Origin: Mytilus edulis
Lineage: Eukaryota
Length of the DNA stretch: 64,000 nt
Direction: 5' to 3'
NCBI RefSeq assembly: GCF_963676685.1
Contig: NC_092351.1
Location: 28,396,001-28,460,000, forward strand
Shown here: positions 38,625-51,800 of the stretch, piece after piece
Layout: each line of letters opens with the position of its first letter
How positions within the stretch are numbered: the stretch's first letter is position 1
Notes under the pieces: generated by a model
What the model was told of the DNA's origin: nothing
Seen by the model: the letters and a program-made list of their open reading frames with translations, nothing else
The model's database searches: none
Program-made: the position numbers and the translations under genes

Positions 38625-41335
38625 ACCACAGCGATGGCAGGATCTTAAAATGAAAGAATGAGTTTTTAATGAAAGCTTTCAAGGTCATCTGATAACGTTG
38701 TAAAAACACATCATAGTAGTGACGCAGAGTCAATCGTCAGTTATTTGTTGCCAATGTATTTTGATTTTTTATGACGTTTGATAGATTGATTGATTGTTCA
38801 AATTCTTATGTCAAAGAAAATACTTCGAAAAAAGATTCAATATTGTACTACCATTTGAAGTTTAACTCAAAGGTTCATCTCGAATATAAAACACGCGAAA
38901 AAAGACGAAACAAAGCTTTAAAATACAAAATAATCATGCCTTACCTCGTCCTTTAATAAGGTTGAACAGAATCATACAACTAACAATTAAATAACGAAAT
39001 GAGTTTTAACATTGATATATTGTATTGCTTAACGCTAATATATTTCTTCTATCTACAGAGTATGAAATTCATGTACGAAAACTGTTCCTCCTGAAAAGGT
39101 GATATTTAATAAATGAGTTACTGTTAGTTATGTGACTGACTAAAAAGTAAAATGCAGATTGACATAATATGTGTACAAAAGATAAACGCCTCCTCTGTAA
39201 CGTGTATTGTATACTTGTTTCCGCTCATGTAAAAACCGTCTAGATGCCTTCTATGATAAAATGAATTCATTTATTGAATCTTTACATACAACGTGCAACT
39301 ATTTTGATGGTAATCACAGAGGCAGATAAAAACAATAAAAGTTTACTATAAAGAAAGTCGTAATTATTTTTTTTATTTTTTTCATATTTATTACTTACAA
39401 TTTTGAGAGGAAAGATCGACATCAGATATTAGGTTTTGCCATTTCATTTTATAGATATGCAATGACACAATGAAATAATTTTATAACAAAATAATGATAC
39501 CACGCTATAGAAAATTTACAGTTCTAACAAACGTAAAAAGAACTCAAATAATGATAAAAAGAACAAATAGCTAAATGTCAGTTTTTAATTCTTGATCGTA
39601 CAACATGCATTACATTTTTTTTCTAGTAGACTTCGTAGAAAAGCTTATAATGAATGTTGTACATAAACTACGTTTTTTTAGAATAACTTTTATGAAACGT
39701 TTTGAATTCTGAAAAAAAATATCACAAGATTCATAGCAAAAGAAAGAGCATTGACATACATGTAGGTTATGAATAAACTCATCATAGATACCAGGATTGA
39801 AATTTTGTATTAAGTGATTGGATATCATCAATATGACTGAAAGAGAGATTAAAGCTGATAGTATATGCATTTTGCTTTTTTTCTTGATGTTTTGAAACGT
39901 TAATGAATAAAAATCAAATGTCGGAAAACATATTGGAAATTATAAACCGCATCGATAATATTTTTATATCGATTTCAATTTATACAGCAATGAAAAAGAC
40001 GTAGGATAACTTTTATATTATACAACTTTAAAAAGTTATTTAAACAAGTTGGTATTTTTAATCGCATATTCAAATTGAGACAGTACTTATGAATCAATGT
40101 CACTAAAAATAGAAAAGAATGAATGAAGTACTCAAACTGAGATTTTTCTATTAAAATACGAAATAACACTTTTAGTGTAAACATATTCTCATTATGTGTA
40201 TGAGTTGTGACTGATCTTAGACCTACAATGCTCGATATTATATTTTGTACGGAAAGAAGGTGATTTATATCACAAAGGAAAATGAGTTTGCAGAAATGAG
40301 TTGTGATGCTATTTGCTACAATACATCTTTGTCAAATAAATTGAGTTGATCTTTTACATGACTTATCGGGTCCCAAATGGAATACAATTAGCCTTGCAAA
40401 AGAAATGTTTAAATAATGCTAGACCTGCATAAAACGAATTCAGTGGATGCCATATTATCTTTTAAAAAAAAAATTCTTTTCTTATTTGCACAATTGATGA
40501 ATATTGCAAATAGTAGTATAAAAAAAAAAGTGAAATCACAAAAATTCTGAACTCAAGGGGAATATTCAAAAAGGGAAGTCCCTAATTAAATGGCAAACTG
40601 TAGCTAAAACACATCAATCGTTTGTTGATAACAAATAACCTTTTCTTAGATTTACACTTTCATTATGTATTAATGAATTTGCAGCTCATATGAAGAACTT
40701 CTTTGAAATTGATACGCTGCACCTCTTATATTTAAATTAGACAAATAGTCTAAAATTTAATAACCTGTTCATTGAAAATATGTGAGTTCTTTTTTGTTAT
40801 TTTTTAACAAGCATAATTAACCAAAAGCAAACAGGACACTATATTTAACGTTTTGTCGTGTATTCTCCTCTTGTTGGTACAAATATATTACTATTGTTAA
40901 ATACCAAGAATGCAATACGATATAAGTATTATCATTGATTTAAGAAACGTAACATTAGAATAGAAAGGATTCACATCTTTTCTTACTTTACTATTTCAGT
41001 ACTTTTACGAGTGGCACTTAAATGAAAAACTCACATATGGCCTTATTTGAAAGAGTAATGTCAAATAAATAGAATAGACATTATTTGACAAGTACTGTTA
41101 CTTAATATACCGACCCTTTCAGATTCCAGATTTACTTTACTATTAAAAAACACAAAGACATAATATCGTAGAGGTATATATACAAGCATCGATCGTTTCT
41201 GCTTTGAAATATTTGTCTTGTTTAAATACTCAAACAATAGTCGGTCAGTTGTCTCTTTCTTACTGAACACATGAGAACATGATTTATGTTGAATCTCGGA
41301 ATCTTCCTGAAGCATACAAGGGTTAACCTGTTTAA

Positions 41336-42362
41336 CAGGGGTTAAAAAATCCACTAGCCCGACGCCCGGGACTAGATTATTTATACCTCGGGCAATTAAA
41401 ATGTGTAATCCGATATGCCCGACGGACTAGTAACAAAAAATTCTCGACGGCGGCCAAAATAGAAAGTGAAAAATCCCTTCATCACTATTCTATGTTAGCC
41501 ATTTCAATTCAATTAAGTCATCCGGGATTCCAAGAATTTGAACTGGTTTGTACAGGTCCTGTTGTACATATTTAAAAATACAACAAATAACTCTGGCATG
41601 TCTGGGTGGCCTGGTATCATGTGTTGATTGCAATTATCGTACTTTAAATATCGATTTCTCATACCATGGCTTGGGGTATTGTACATTGCTTATCGTGACG
41701 AGATTATTTCTTAATATTTTAGTACGGGAACCGCAGGAACTTTGTCAGTTTCAAAACGAAAAACAGTAGATGAAGGAAGTAACGAGGCTGACAATTCATC
41801 CCCCAAAAATGCTAAATACGACAGGGAAAAAGCGCGGAAAAAAATAATAGTGTCCAGGACAGCAGGACTGTCAAGTCTTTAGTGCGAGACTCGCACATGT
41901 TCATGCTTATTTGGCGGCATTTTCCTTTGATCTATTGTTTTTTCTCTTTGATCTCAAAATCATGCATTCACTTCCTGAAAAGTTGGCAGAACTGGGACAC
42001 AATGATTCCCCTGGCAAGGTTGTTGCTGATGAAAATAACAGACAATGCTCTGTGAATATTGCCGTTAGTTGCCCCAAGCACGCCAATAAAAAGTCTGCTT
42101 TGAATGTGTGAACAACTAAGTTAGGGTAGGCACCAAAAGAATAAATAACAGATCAACAAAAATTATTAAATACAGTGTATAATGTCTCCTTCAAAACAAA
42201 GGACACCCACTTTGTATTATACATCAAACTCTTGAGTTTTAAGGCATACTAGAGCTAGCAGGTCAGTTTTGATGGACTAGCAGTTCTTCCAACAGGGCTA
42301 GTAAAATCCTGCTGCCAATAAGTCCTGGGCTAGTTAGCTGTAACAAAATTTTTTAACCCCTG
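41336..42362. mobile_element. hAT-like non-autonomous element
   Basis: TIR CAGGGGTTAAAAAA / TTTTTTAACCCCTG; subterminal GGGCTAG/GGACTAG repeats; degenerate TSD CTGTTTAA / CTGTTATC. Confidence 0.8.
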
Positions 42363-42916
42363 CTGTTATCTGTCAAACAAAACGTTTTATTTCACTTTGG
42401 GTGAATATCCTTTTAGTTTAATATTTATATATCAATTTTCAACTAGCCTTTGCTAAAATAAATGTTCGTGGTATTAAGTAACCTGCAATACATTTTCTAC
42501 CTAAATATCTAAAACAAAAAGTATGACCTTCATCGTAACTTAGCGTTCGTGTCTAAAGTTACAACTGCTTTTCATTTGACCATTCGTTTTAAAGCATTTG
42601 AAGTCAGTAAATCCAAGTTTACAAGCTATATTTGCAATTTTAGATAAGAACTGTAAAAATGAGGAAATGTCAAACGCGACATTGAACTGGAAGTCGGTTG
42701 AGAATTTATTTCAGTAAGCTAAACTTTTAGGCTGGTCTTGGTCAACAGATCCATTCATAATTGAACCCCACCCAAAATATAAGAGAAAACAATTGCAAGT
42801 GGTTGGGAAGGCAATGTGGTAATGGCTTCTTAAGAATTCAAGTAAATTCATCAGTGTTTGTGTTTTATCATGGTATACATCTTCGAAATGGATCCATATG
42901 ATATTTGAAGGTCAAT

Positions 42917-43354
42917 AATAAACTCATCATAGATAACAGGACTAAATTTCATATATTCGCCAGACGCGCGTTTCGTCTACAAATGACTCATCAGTGACGC
43001 TCGAATCCAAAAAAGTTATAAAATTTAAAAAAGAAGCCAAATAAAGTACGAAGTTGAAGAGCATTGAGATCCAAAATTCCTAAAAGTGTTGACAAATACA
43101 GCTAGGTAATCTATGCCTGAGGTAGAAAAGCCTTAGTATTTCAAAAAATTCAATATTTTGTAAACAGTTGATTTATAAATATAATAATATCAATGATAAT
43201 TCATGTCAGCACAAAAAGTGCTGACTACTGGGCTTGTGATACTCTCGGGGAAATAAATCTCCACCAGCAGTGGCATCGACCTAGTGGTTGTAAATAAACT
43301 CATCATAGATACCAGAACTAAATTTTGTATATACGCCAGACGCGCGTTTCGTCT
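42917..43354 (-). mobile_element. Retrozyme family 2: one ~376-bp unit plus partial repeat; hammerhead at 42958-42999
   Basis: Direct repeat of aactcatcatagata...cgccagacgcgcgtttcgtcta at 42921 and 43297 (period 376). Minus-strand core CTGATGA...GAAACGCGCGTC intact. Confidence 0.85.
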
Positions 43355-46300
43355 AGTGCAAGTTTGAAACAAGAGACATTTTTCCTTTAGAAATGTACGG
43401 ATGAACAAAGTATGACATGAGACGTTCAATGGAACCGTTACCACTCGGTACCAGTTGATACTGCATATGTACGTTTTTCTTTGTGAAGTAAAAGATTGAT
43501 GATTTAGATCGTTATCTTTAAATCGGCAATAAAGCTCATTGGCCCTATTTAGTCGTGAAACGTTTATGAAAGCGAAGTTGTCAATTAATCATAATTTATT
43601 CATATTTAATTAGAGATATTGTGATTAAAAAAAAATAGAAAATCAAATGGTATCGACATTTTTTGTTTCTTACAAATATTAACCTGTCAAAATATAAACA
43701 TTTGTACATGTTCTTTTTTAATACGTCTCAAGGTAATTCTCTTCAATGTTTGCTTTTTATATCAAATGTATAGGTGAATTGATCCTTCAAGAGGGCAATG
43801 AAAAGCGTCAAAGTTACCTTCATTCAATCTCCATCAGTTAATACATTTATTTAATCTTTAAAAAAGTAGGACTTGGAAGCTAAATTTTTTTAAGACTGGT
43901 CATGATGTTAACTGCTTTCCCATTTTAACACTTGTAATATATAATTCATGTAATCATTTCCCCCTCAAAAATTAATATGCTGATTTTTTTCTTAAATAAA
44001 AAATGTTTTTCGTTTTCAGTGAAAATGTGTGGAACTTATTGATATTGACTGTATCAGGTATGGTATTTTCTAAATATTATGTATATTCCGATTAATATTG
44101 AGATGGAGACAGATTGTTAGAACAACAACTTAAATACTTAGTTTGAGCTGTCAAAATATAAACAAATACCAAAACAGATTTTTATATAGATTTGACCGTT
44201 GATTTTCCCGTTTGAATGGTTTTACATTAGTAATTTTTGGGACCCTTTATAGCTTGCTGTTCGGTGTTAGCCAAGGCTCCGTGGTAAAGGTCGTACCTTG
44301 ACCTATAATGGTTTACTTTTATAAATTATCATTTGGATGGTGAGTTGTCTCATTGGCACTCATACCACATCTTCCTATATCTGTTAAACAAGTAAATATT
44401 TTTGATTTTCAAACAAATTATTAAGGAGACCCAGAGACACATATTTCGTAATGATTTAGCCAAAGGGAAAATATTTGAACATAAAAATCGTATGACAAAT
44501 AACAGTAAATACTATTTAGAAATGTTACTTTTGTTGCTCTAATGCACTGCATCTAATAATGTTCGTCTTATATACAGATAAACATCTTGTCAGCAATGCA
44601 TCTAATTATTATTTTATAGGATATAGTATGAGATAACTAATTAGTTTGCGAATATTTATATATAAATATATTTCCTTATTATAGCATTGTAAGTTCATTA
44701 TCGTATTTAAACTTATTGCACATATACATCGAATGCCTAAAGATATCATTAATATTTTGGTAGAAATAGTATAAAAGAATTTATCTGCAGATGATACCAA
44801 GTCAATTTTATTTCTTTATTCTTTAAAAGTATTTTATTTGTCAAAACTCTGGATTTAATTCATTGATACACATTGGTGGCATGATAAAACAATATACAAA
44901 TACTTGTAGCTAGGAAAATAAATTGAACCAGTTTTGATTTACGGGACTTGCCTACTACTGTTTCTCTAGAACAGAAACGCCAACTTTCATGTATATTGCC
45001 GAAATGTTTGTGTTCAATAATCACATAAATCTATAGTAATATAGTAAATAAACTCATTATATCATAAATACCAGGATTGCAACTTTATATTTGCGCCAGA
45101 CACGGATTTCGTCTAAACGTTTAGAGTATATTTTCTTCGGACCTCGATATATTTTTTTTTTATCAACGTTATATGGCCAAACTTAAATTTGCAGTTTAAC
45201 CTTTTGAAATAAACTCCATATATTTGGTTAGACTCTACTAATTGTGATGATGAACAATCGTTCCTGAACAAGACTTTGCTACTATTTGGGGGCAAACATC
45301 GACTTTTGAAAACAAAAGCAGTTACTTGTAAATACACATTGACATAGGAGAAACTCAGCTTATGTGAAGTCGGCATTTAATAAGAAAAACCATCAACCTT
45401 TTTGTGTCTGTTTGTTTTGTTCATCACGCGTTGTCAATATAATGGAATTTGATGCGACTGTCGTATAAGTGAGAGGTTTAGCTCTTTAAACCATGTTTTA
45501 TCCACCATTTTCTACATAGTAAAATGCCTGTACCAAGTCAGGAATATGACATGTGTTATCCGTTCATTGGACGTGTTTGAGCTTTTGATTTTGCCATTTG
45601 ATTAGGGACTTCCCGTTTTAAATTTTCCTCGGAGATCAGTAGTTTTCGAATTTTACTTTTTGTCGGACTTTTCCAGATTTCTGCTTTTCAAATTTCCTTG
45701 TCATGATGGATCAACTATCGTATATGACCCTGATACCTTGTAATGAAAAACCATTAAACTTTGGCATCATATACTTTTGTAATGCCTGTAACCTATTGAG
45801 TATGCAACACTGTCCACACAGCTTAATTTTGTTGATGTAAATCTCACGTGAATATAATGTAACGTCACAGAAAGTTCACGTTAATTCTTCTTCATGTGAA
45901 ATATCTGTAATCTTTTCCACTTGAAATTATTTAAGCACGAATGTCACGTTCAGGACAGTTCAGGGTGAAAAATTTCACGTGAAAGCTTAATTCATGTTGA
46001 TTTGAATTAAAAATCTAATTAAAGTGTAAATTGCACGTGAATCACCGACTCACGTTAAATGCACGTAAATTTATTTAAAAGTATACGTTCTATAAAGTGA
46101 ATCGTTCCATGTGAAATTCACGTGAACTGAAATGTTCATAGATGACTTAAAAATGAGTAAGAACTTGTTATGTCATATGCAAAATGAACACACCTTTACT
46201 TGTATTTACTAATTATTATTGAAAAGGGTTATATCAAATTATTATCAAAGTACATCAAATATTGTTAATCATTATGAGTGCACTCTTCTAAAATGCAGCC

Positions 46301-47421
46301 AACGAGTACAAGTGATTTAAATTCTTTATTTCATTCTTTAATCATTTGATATAGAACTAATTATATAACACACGGTCATATTACCTAATTAATGTACTCC
46401 CTGTCACTTATTTTAGGTTTTCATCATGCCTTTGTGTAATTGTATTAACCCAATGGAGTAAGAGATGGTAGACAAATTGAAAATCACGTTACCATTTTAA
46501 ACAGTATAATGTACTTGAAAGTATATACAAGGAATTACCACACCCTAGTGTATATGCATTTATCCCTTTGTAAAAGTTAGCAGTAATGAAATAAAACATA
46601 CATCGAAATTTGAGAGAAGTCTCTAAAGAAGTAGTCAATGACACATCGCCATCACGAATTGAAAAAATAACTGTCACGATGGAATAAAAAATAAATAGTA
46701 TGAAGATTACCTTCAATAGTTTCCATATCGAAGTTGCAAGGACAACACTCACCTTTGAAATTTAATATAGTAAGACTGAGTTCAGTTGGATTGAGTAGTA
46801 ACTATAAAAACACCAGACATATTAACAGAATTCTTTTTATAGATATCTGCAGGTATTATTCAAATCATCTATCTATAAAGAATAACAAAAATACCGGACT
46901 CAACTCAAAACGTCCATACAAACTGTCACAATCACGCGGTAGACATTGTCAACTAGCAAAATGAGCGAAAAACAACTGTCATATTCCTGATTTGGTTCGG
47001 GCATTTTCCGTAGAAAATGGTGGGTTAAACCTGGTTTTAGTGGCTCATCGGATATTTTTTAAGTCTTTATCACATTAAGTCATAAACTCATGCTATAACA
47101 GTTTAACAGAACATGTATGCGACTTACACCCCAAAAGAATGCTAATCGTTTGAGGAAATTATTTGTCCCGAAACAGACATTGAAACAACAATTTATAAAA
47201 TTACACTAGATTTATCAAAAGGCTTTTTTTTCATGCATCCGAAGCCTTTCGCTAGATTCACCTTATACAAAACGCCCAATGCCGAATATTTAACAATGTT
47301 GAAAATCCTTGGCTTCCAAATATTTGGCTTTGAGCATTTCGGACGATTTTTAGTCCGGATAAGCGCTCGGACACCTGAAATATATGGAGTGTTGGTTTTC
47401 TTTTTTTCTATGATTGTGTTG

Positions 47422-48831
47422 CACAGGCACTTGTCTCAGAATTTTTTTTTATATATACCTTAATATAACACAAGGTACTTAACTAAATTTTTTGAAAAAT
47501 GACACCCAGTCCAGAATTCCCGTTATTTTTCGATTTCTCGGTTGTCAAACCTACTTAAACTTAATATGCCGTAAATCTAAATTGATTTATCTACACAATG
47601 GTATATATGACACGACTATCATTGTTGTCGGGATCATTAGTAGCAGGTCTCAGAAGTCGGTCAACGGGATTTTTTTTGCATTCGTCTCAAACTTTGGTAA
47701 CACCCAGTCCGTATGTAATTTTATACTGGTTTCTCATTGGTCAATCGTCTGGCAAAAAATAAATGTGGGAAATTTTGGTCAATTTATAACTCTACATTAG
47801 TGTCGTTGTGTACACGTGTGTTTCATAACAAAATGAATGTCAAACAGCTTATAGCATTGAATGAGGTAAAAAATGGTCATAACCTTTTGCTTCTGGGGCA
47901 AAATGAAACGGGGAAGAGCCATTTGGTCTGTACTATAGAACAAGAACTAAAAAAAGGGGGGGGGGGAACGGTCGCAGTCACAGGAACAACGGGAGTGGCT
48001 TCCTTGAATATAGGTGGGATTACTGTCCATTCCTGCTCCGGTATAGCAGATGGTCATTTTTCAAATGACGAACTTTTACAAAAATTGACTATTGATGAAT
48101 ATTTTCGAAAATACAAGGTGTTCTGCAAGTTTAGGATTTTAAAAATTTCAATTTACCATTCAAATAAGGATTGACATATGTTGTTTTCCCTACTCAAAAT
48201 GATATCAAAATGTTATTAGAAATATACATACCATGAACAAATAGCATTATTAGCTAAATACATCTTTTCATGATACTTCAAAATATCTCGCTTTTCAAAC
48301 CTTTTGGAGTTATCTCAAAATCTTATGTAAAGTCCAGCGAGAGTCTGAATGATGTCAATAAAATGGGAAAATCTGAGTTCTAAAATTAGAAACTCTTGAC
48401 ACATTCGACAGACCTCAAAAAACACTTATTTGGGTTTGTTTCTCATGATCTGTAAAGAATTTACAATAAAGATAATAATTTATAGTCAGAGGGAAGCTGA
48501 CAGTTTTTATTTTAATAATTTTATAATAATTCAATCACTGCGGGCTGGGTGTTGCCAAAGTTTGAGACGAATGCAAAAAAAAAATCCCGTTGACCGACTT
48601 CTGAGACCTGCTACTAATGATCCCGACAACAATGATAGTCGTGTTATATACCATTGTGTAGATAAATCAATTTAGATTTACGGCATATTAAGTTTAAGTA
48701 GGTTTGACAACCGAGAAATCGAAAAATAACGGGAATTCTGGACTGGGTGTCATTTTTCAAAAAATTTAGTTAAGTCCCTTGTGTTATATTAAGGTATATA
48801 GGAAAAAAAAATTCTGAGACAAGTGCCTGTG
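47422..48831 (+). mobile_element. Non-autonomous DNA transposon with ~290-bp TIRs carrying a PIF1 helicase fragment
   Basis: TIRs 47422-47711 and 48541-48831 are near-identical and start CACAGGCACTTGTCTCAGA. Flanked by direct repeat TTGTGTTG (47414-47421 and 48832-48839). Confidence 0.92.
47833..48117 (+). pseudogene. PIF1-family (SF1B) helicase N-terminal fragment
   Basis: NLLLLGQNETGKS (degenerate Walker A, typically GxAGTGKS) and VAVTGTTGVASLNIGGITVHSCSGI (motifs Ia/Ib). No Walker B or later motifs. Confidence 0.85.
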
Positions 48832-51800
48832 TTGTGTTGGTAAGAAAATAGGAAATTTGATACTTATTTCGATTATTTCTTAATTTTAGGATTTTAATAC
48901 TTATAAACATAAAGCAGTGAGCGGTTTTTATTTTTATAAAAGTTTCTGCTTCACTTAGTTTAGAGGCAAATCTAATAGAAATAACTTTTTTGTCAGATTT
49001 TATAAACACAAAAAGTTGCTCGAAATGCAAAAATGTATGATATCCATTCGACAGAATTAAAAGCTACAGAGCAGAAATCTAAAACTATACTACAAGGAAA
49101 GGAACTTATCTGCATGTAATAAAGGTGGATTTGTTTCCATAACCTAACAACATGTGCATGTTTTTCCCCAACTAATAAGCAATACCATGCCAGTATAAAT
49201 GCACAAGCTATCCGGTATAGGAATAGCGACACAATCATATTGATATTTTCAATTCTTAATTTTCTTCTAGATATAATATAATTCAGTTTTACTTAGTCAC
49301 CCTCATTCAAGTAAGGGCTAATTTCTTGTTATTCGGTATTCCCGATGAAATATGATTATGGATTATACGAAGTGATTTGTTGTACAACAGATAATTGCAT
49401 TCTTGATTGTTAACTGCCGCCCACTCTTGAATATCAAATCATTGATATCAGTTGATACTCTATCCCTAACCATGAGTTAATAACAGCTATTGATCAATTT
49501 AGTTCAATTTATAATTGAAAAACTTTTTCACCAGTTTAGAAAGAAAAAAAGTGACTGATTTCATAATATCACAAGTTTTACTGTCGAGATATTGAAATCG
49601 GAATCACGCATTCGGAAGAGACTGTTTTCAATACACCCGTTTAAAAATGATTTTTTAATATAAAGTATCTTTGTAAATCTCCCCCAAAAATGCAAATTAT
49701 TGTCAATACACAAGAAAGTTATAACAACAGTTTTCATTTGTCAATTAAGACGCCCCGAGGAGCAGTACAATTACAATTTAATTTTAAAGTGTACAAATTA
49801 TTGTAGTGATTTTGTCATTGAACTTTTTGAAATTACGGTGCATGACAATGAAACTAAAACTATATAATGAAAGGAAGACAAAAAACACAGTGCTTGGATT
49901 TTGCCATGGTATTGTCATGCCATTTCAACTTATAAATTTTAAATGGTACCTTAATATCATTCTCCTCTTATTCAAAACGAAAAAGTAAATTAAACAGAAA
50001 GCACACTTTTCTAAAACTTTTAGCCTTCATAGATCCTGGCAACACCAGTTTTATGAAATATATTTTGGACAAAAATCTAGATAACTGTAAGCAATGTTGC
50101 AGGATCTCAACATTGAGGCTATCAATGCTTAATCTTATGGTCAAAACTATCTAAATTCCCAAATTAAATGTTATACACTTGATCTTGTTATAGCTGATGG
50201 TCCTATCACTGGGAACAACATGTCTTTGTGGAATATGTGGTTTTAAGGAGTTGACAACCTTAATCCAAAAATCTGTAAATAAATCTTGTCAGTCTACAAG
50301 TAAAATGATGTGTCAAAGAGTATTCAAGATAGTAACAAAACGTTAAAAAAAAATGTAGATAATTTCGAAAGGTTTATATCTATCAAGTGGAAAGCGGACC
50401 TCTGCTTTAACCTCAATGACGTACATATTACTGTCCGCGTAGATATAAAAAATATCCTACATATGACTTGGTAACTTTGTTTTAAGTGTTATGAAATATC
50501 TGTGACAGAGATGAATAAATGCAACAGTAGTATACCGGTGCTTAAAAGTCGATTGAATGAAAACATATCCGGGTTACAAACCAATACCGAGGGAAACACA
50601 CTAACTACAAGAGGAAAACAAAAGAACAACAGGAACACTATTAATTCGATAAAACTCGTATGTCATAGCATTGGTCCTTCCATCAATCTTTCGATTATGA
50701 TATCACCTATTGTGACAAATATAGATCTTGACTATAGATAACAACACGGTGGGTTATATTCGTAGAGCTGGTATTGTTTTCTTCTTCTTATGTTTTTCAT
50801 TTCCGATGTAGGTTATGTAAACTGTGGTTAATCTAGTGATTGGTCGTAGTGTTATTAGTAATTCTTCGGTTAAATCTTCGTGGTCTACTTTTTCCTTCGA
50901 TTTGATGCATCATGGCAAACAATCATAGCCTATCGATGTTTCTTTTCTCTTTGAATTTTGTTAAAATACCAAATAACAATTCATACCAAACTTTGTAGTG
51001 ACTACATTTGATTCGGACAGAAAGACATTTCCAGTATGAAGTACCGAATGCTCATGAGCCAAAGATGGGAATGAGTAAAACAGCCTTTTTTTCTGCATTG
51101 TTTATTCATACTACACAATACTAGTATATAAAAATTAAGTGTAATGTAAAATCGTTTTGTACCCTTTAAGTTGTTGGTTTTACATCTGTAAAAACATTAT
51201 TTAATACAACATTACTTCTAAGAGTGTATCACCTGAGAAATTTTAAATGTTTATGAAAGTTAAACGAATTTAAATCGTGTTCTTAAACTTCTCAGCTAAT
51301 AAACCAGGTATAATCCACCATTTTCTGAGTAAGGAAATGCAGGTACTAAGTTAAGAATATGAGATTTATTATCCATTCGTTTAATGAGTTTGATTGTCCC
51401 TCTTGTATCTTTCACCTCTTTTTAATGCATTTGAGAACGGACTTCCTGTGTTGATTTTTCGTTGAAGTTATAGTTATTTTTGCTATTTATCAACAAAGTG
51501 GTTGAAGCTAAACAATTATGTAACCCTTGTCTGCAATTTGATATATGTATGATTTGAATTCGAGTTGGTCAATTATATGAGTGTTCTGTCCTTATTTCCT
51601 TATTTTCTTATCCGTATCATTTTCCCGACTTCAAACATATCAATTACTAACTAAAGAACGTACTTTAGTCATATTTTATTATATCTGAAAGTTCTTTACA
51701 CAATGAATACAAATGTGTACATTATACTTACCTTTCATTCTTCATTTGTTATTGTAATTCATTTTAAAATAAAAAAAATATTTAAATGCACCAAATTGCT

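Noticed and set aside
47422-47428. RAG/Transib-like RSS heptamer (CACAGGC versus CACAGTG)
   Set aside because: No 5-bp TSD and no convincing nonamer.
47492-47800. 102-aa ORF and the ORF at 48430-48675
   Set aside because: They lie largely in the TIRs; no protein motifs.
47422-48831. Helitron interpretation of the PIF1 fragment
   Set aside because: Long TIRs and a TSD are present; no Rep motifs or Helitron termini seen.
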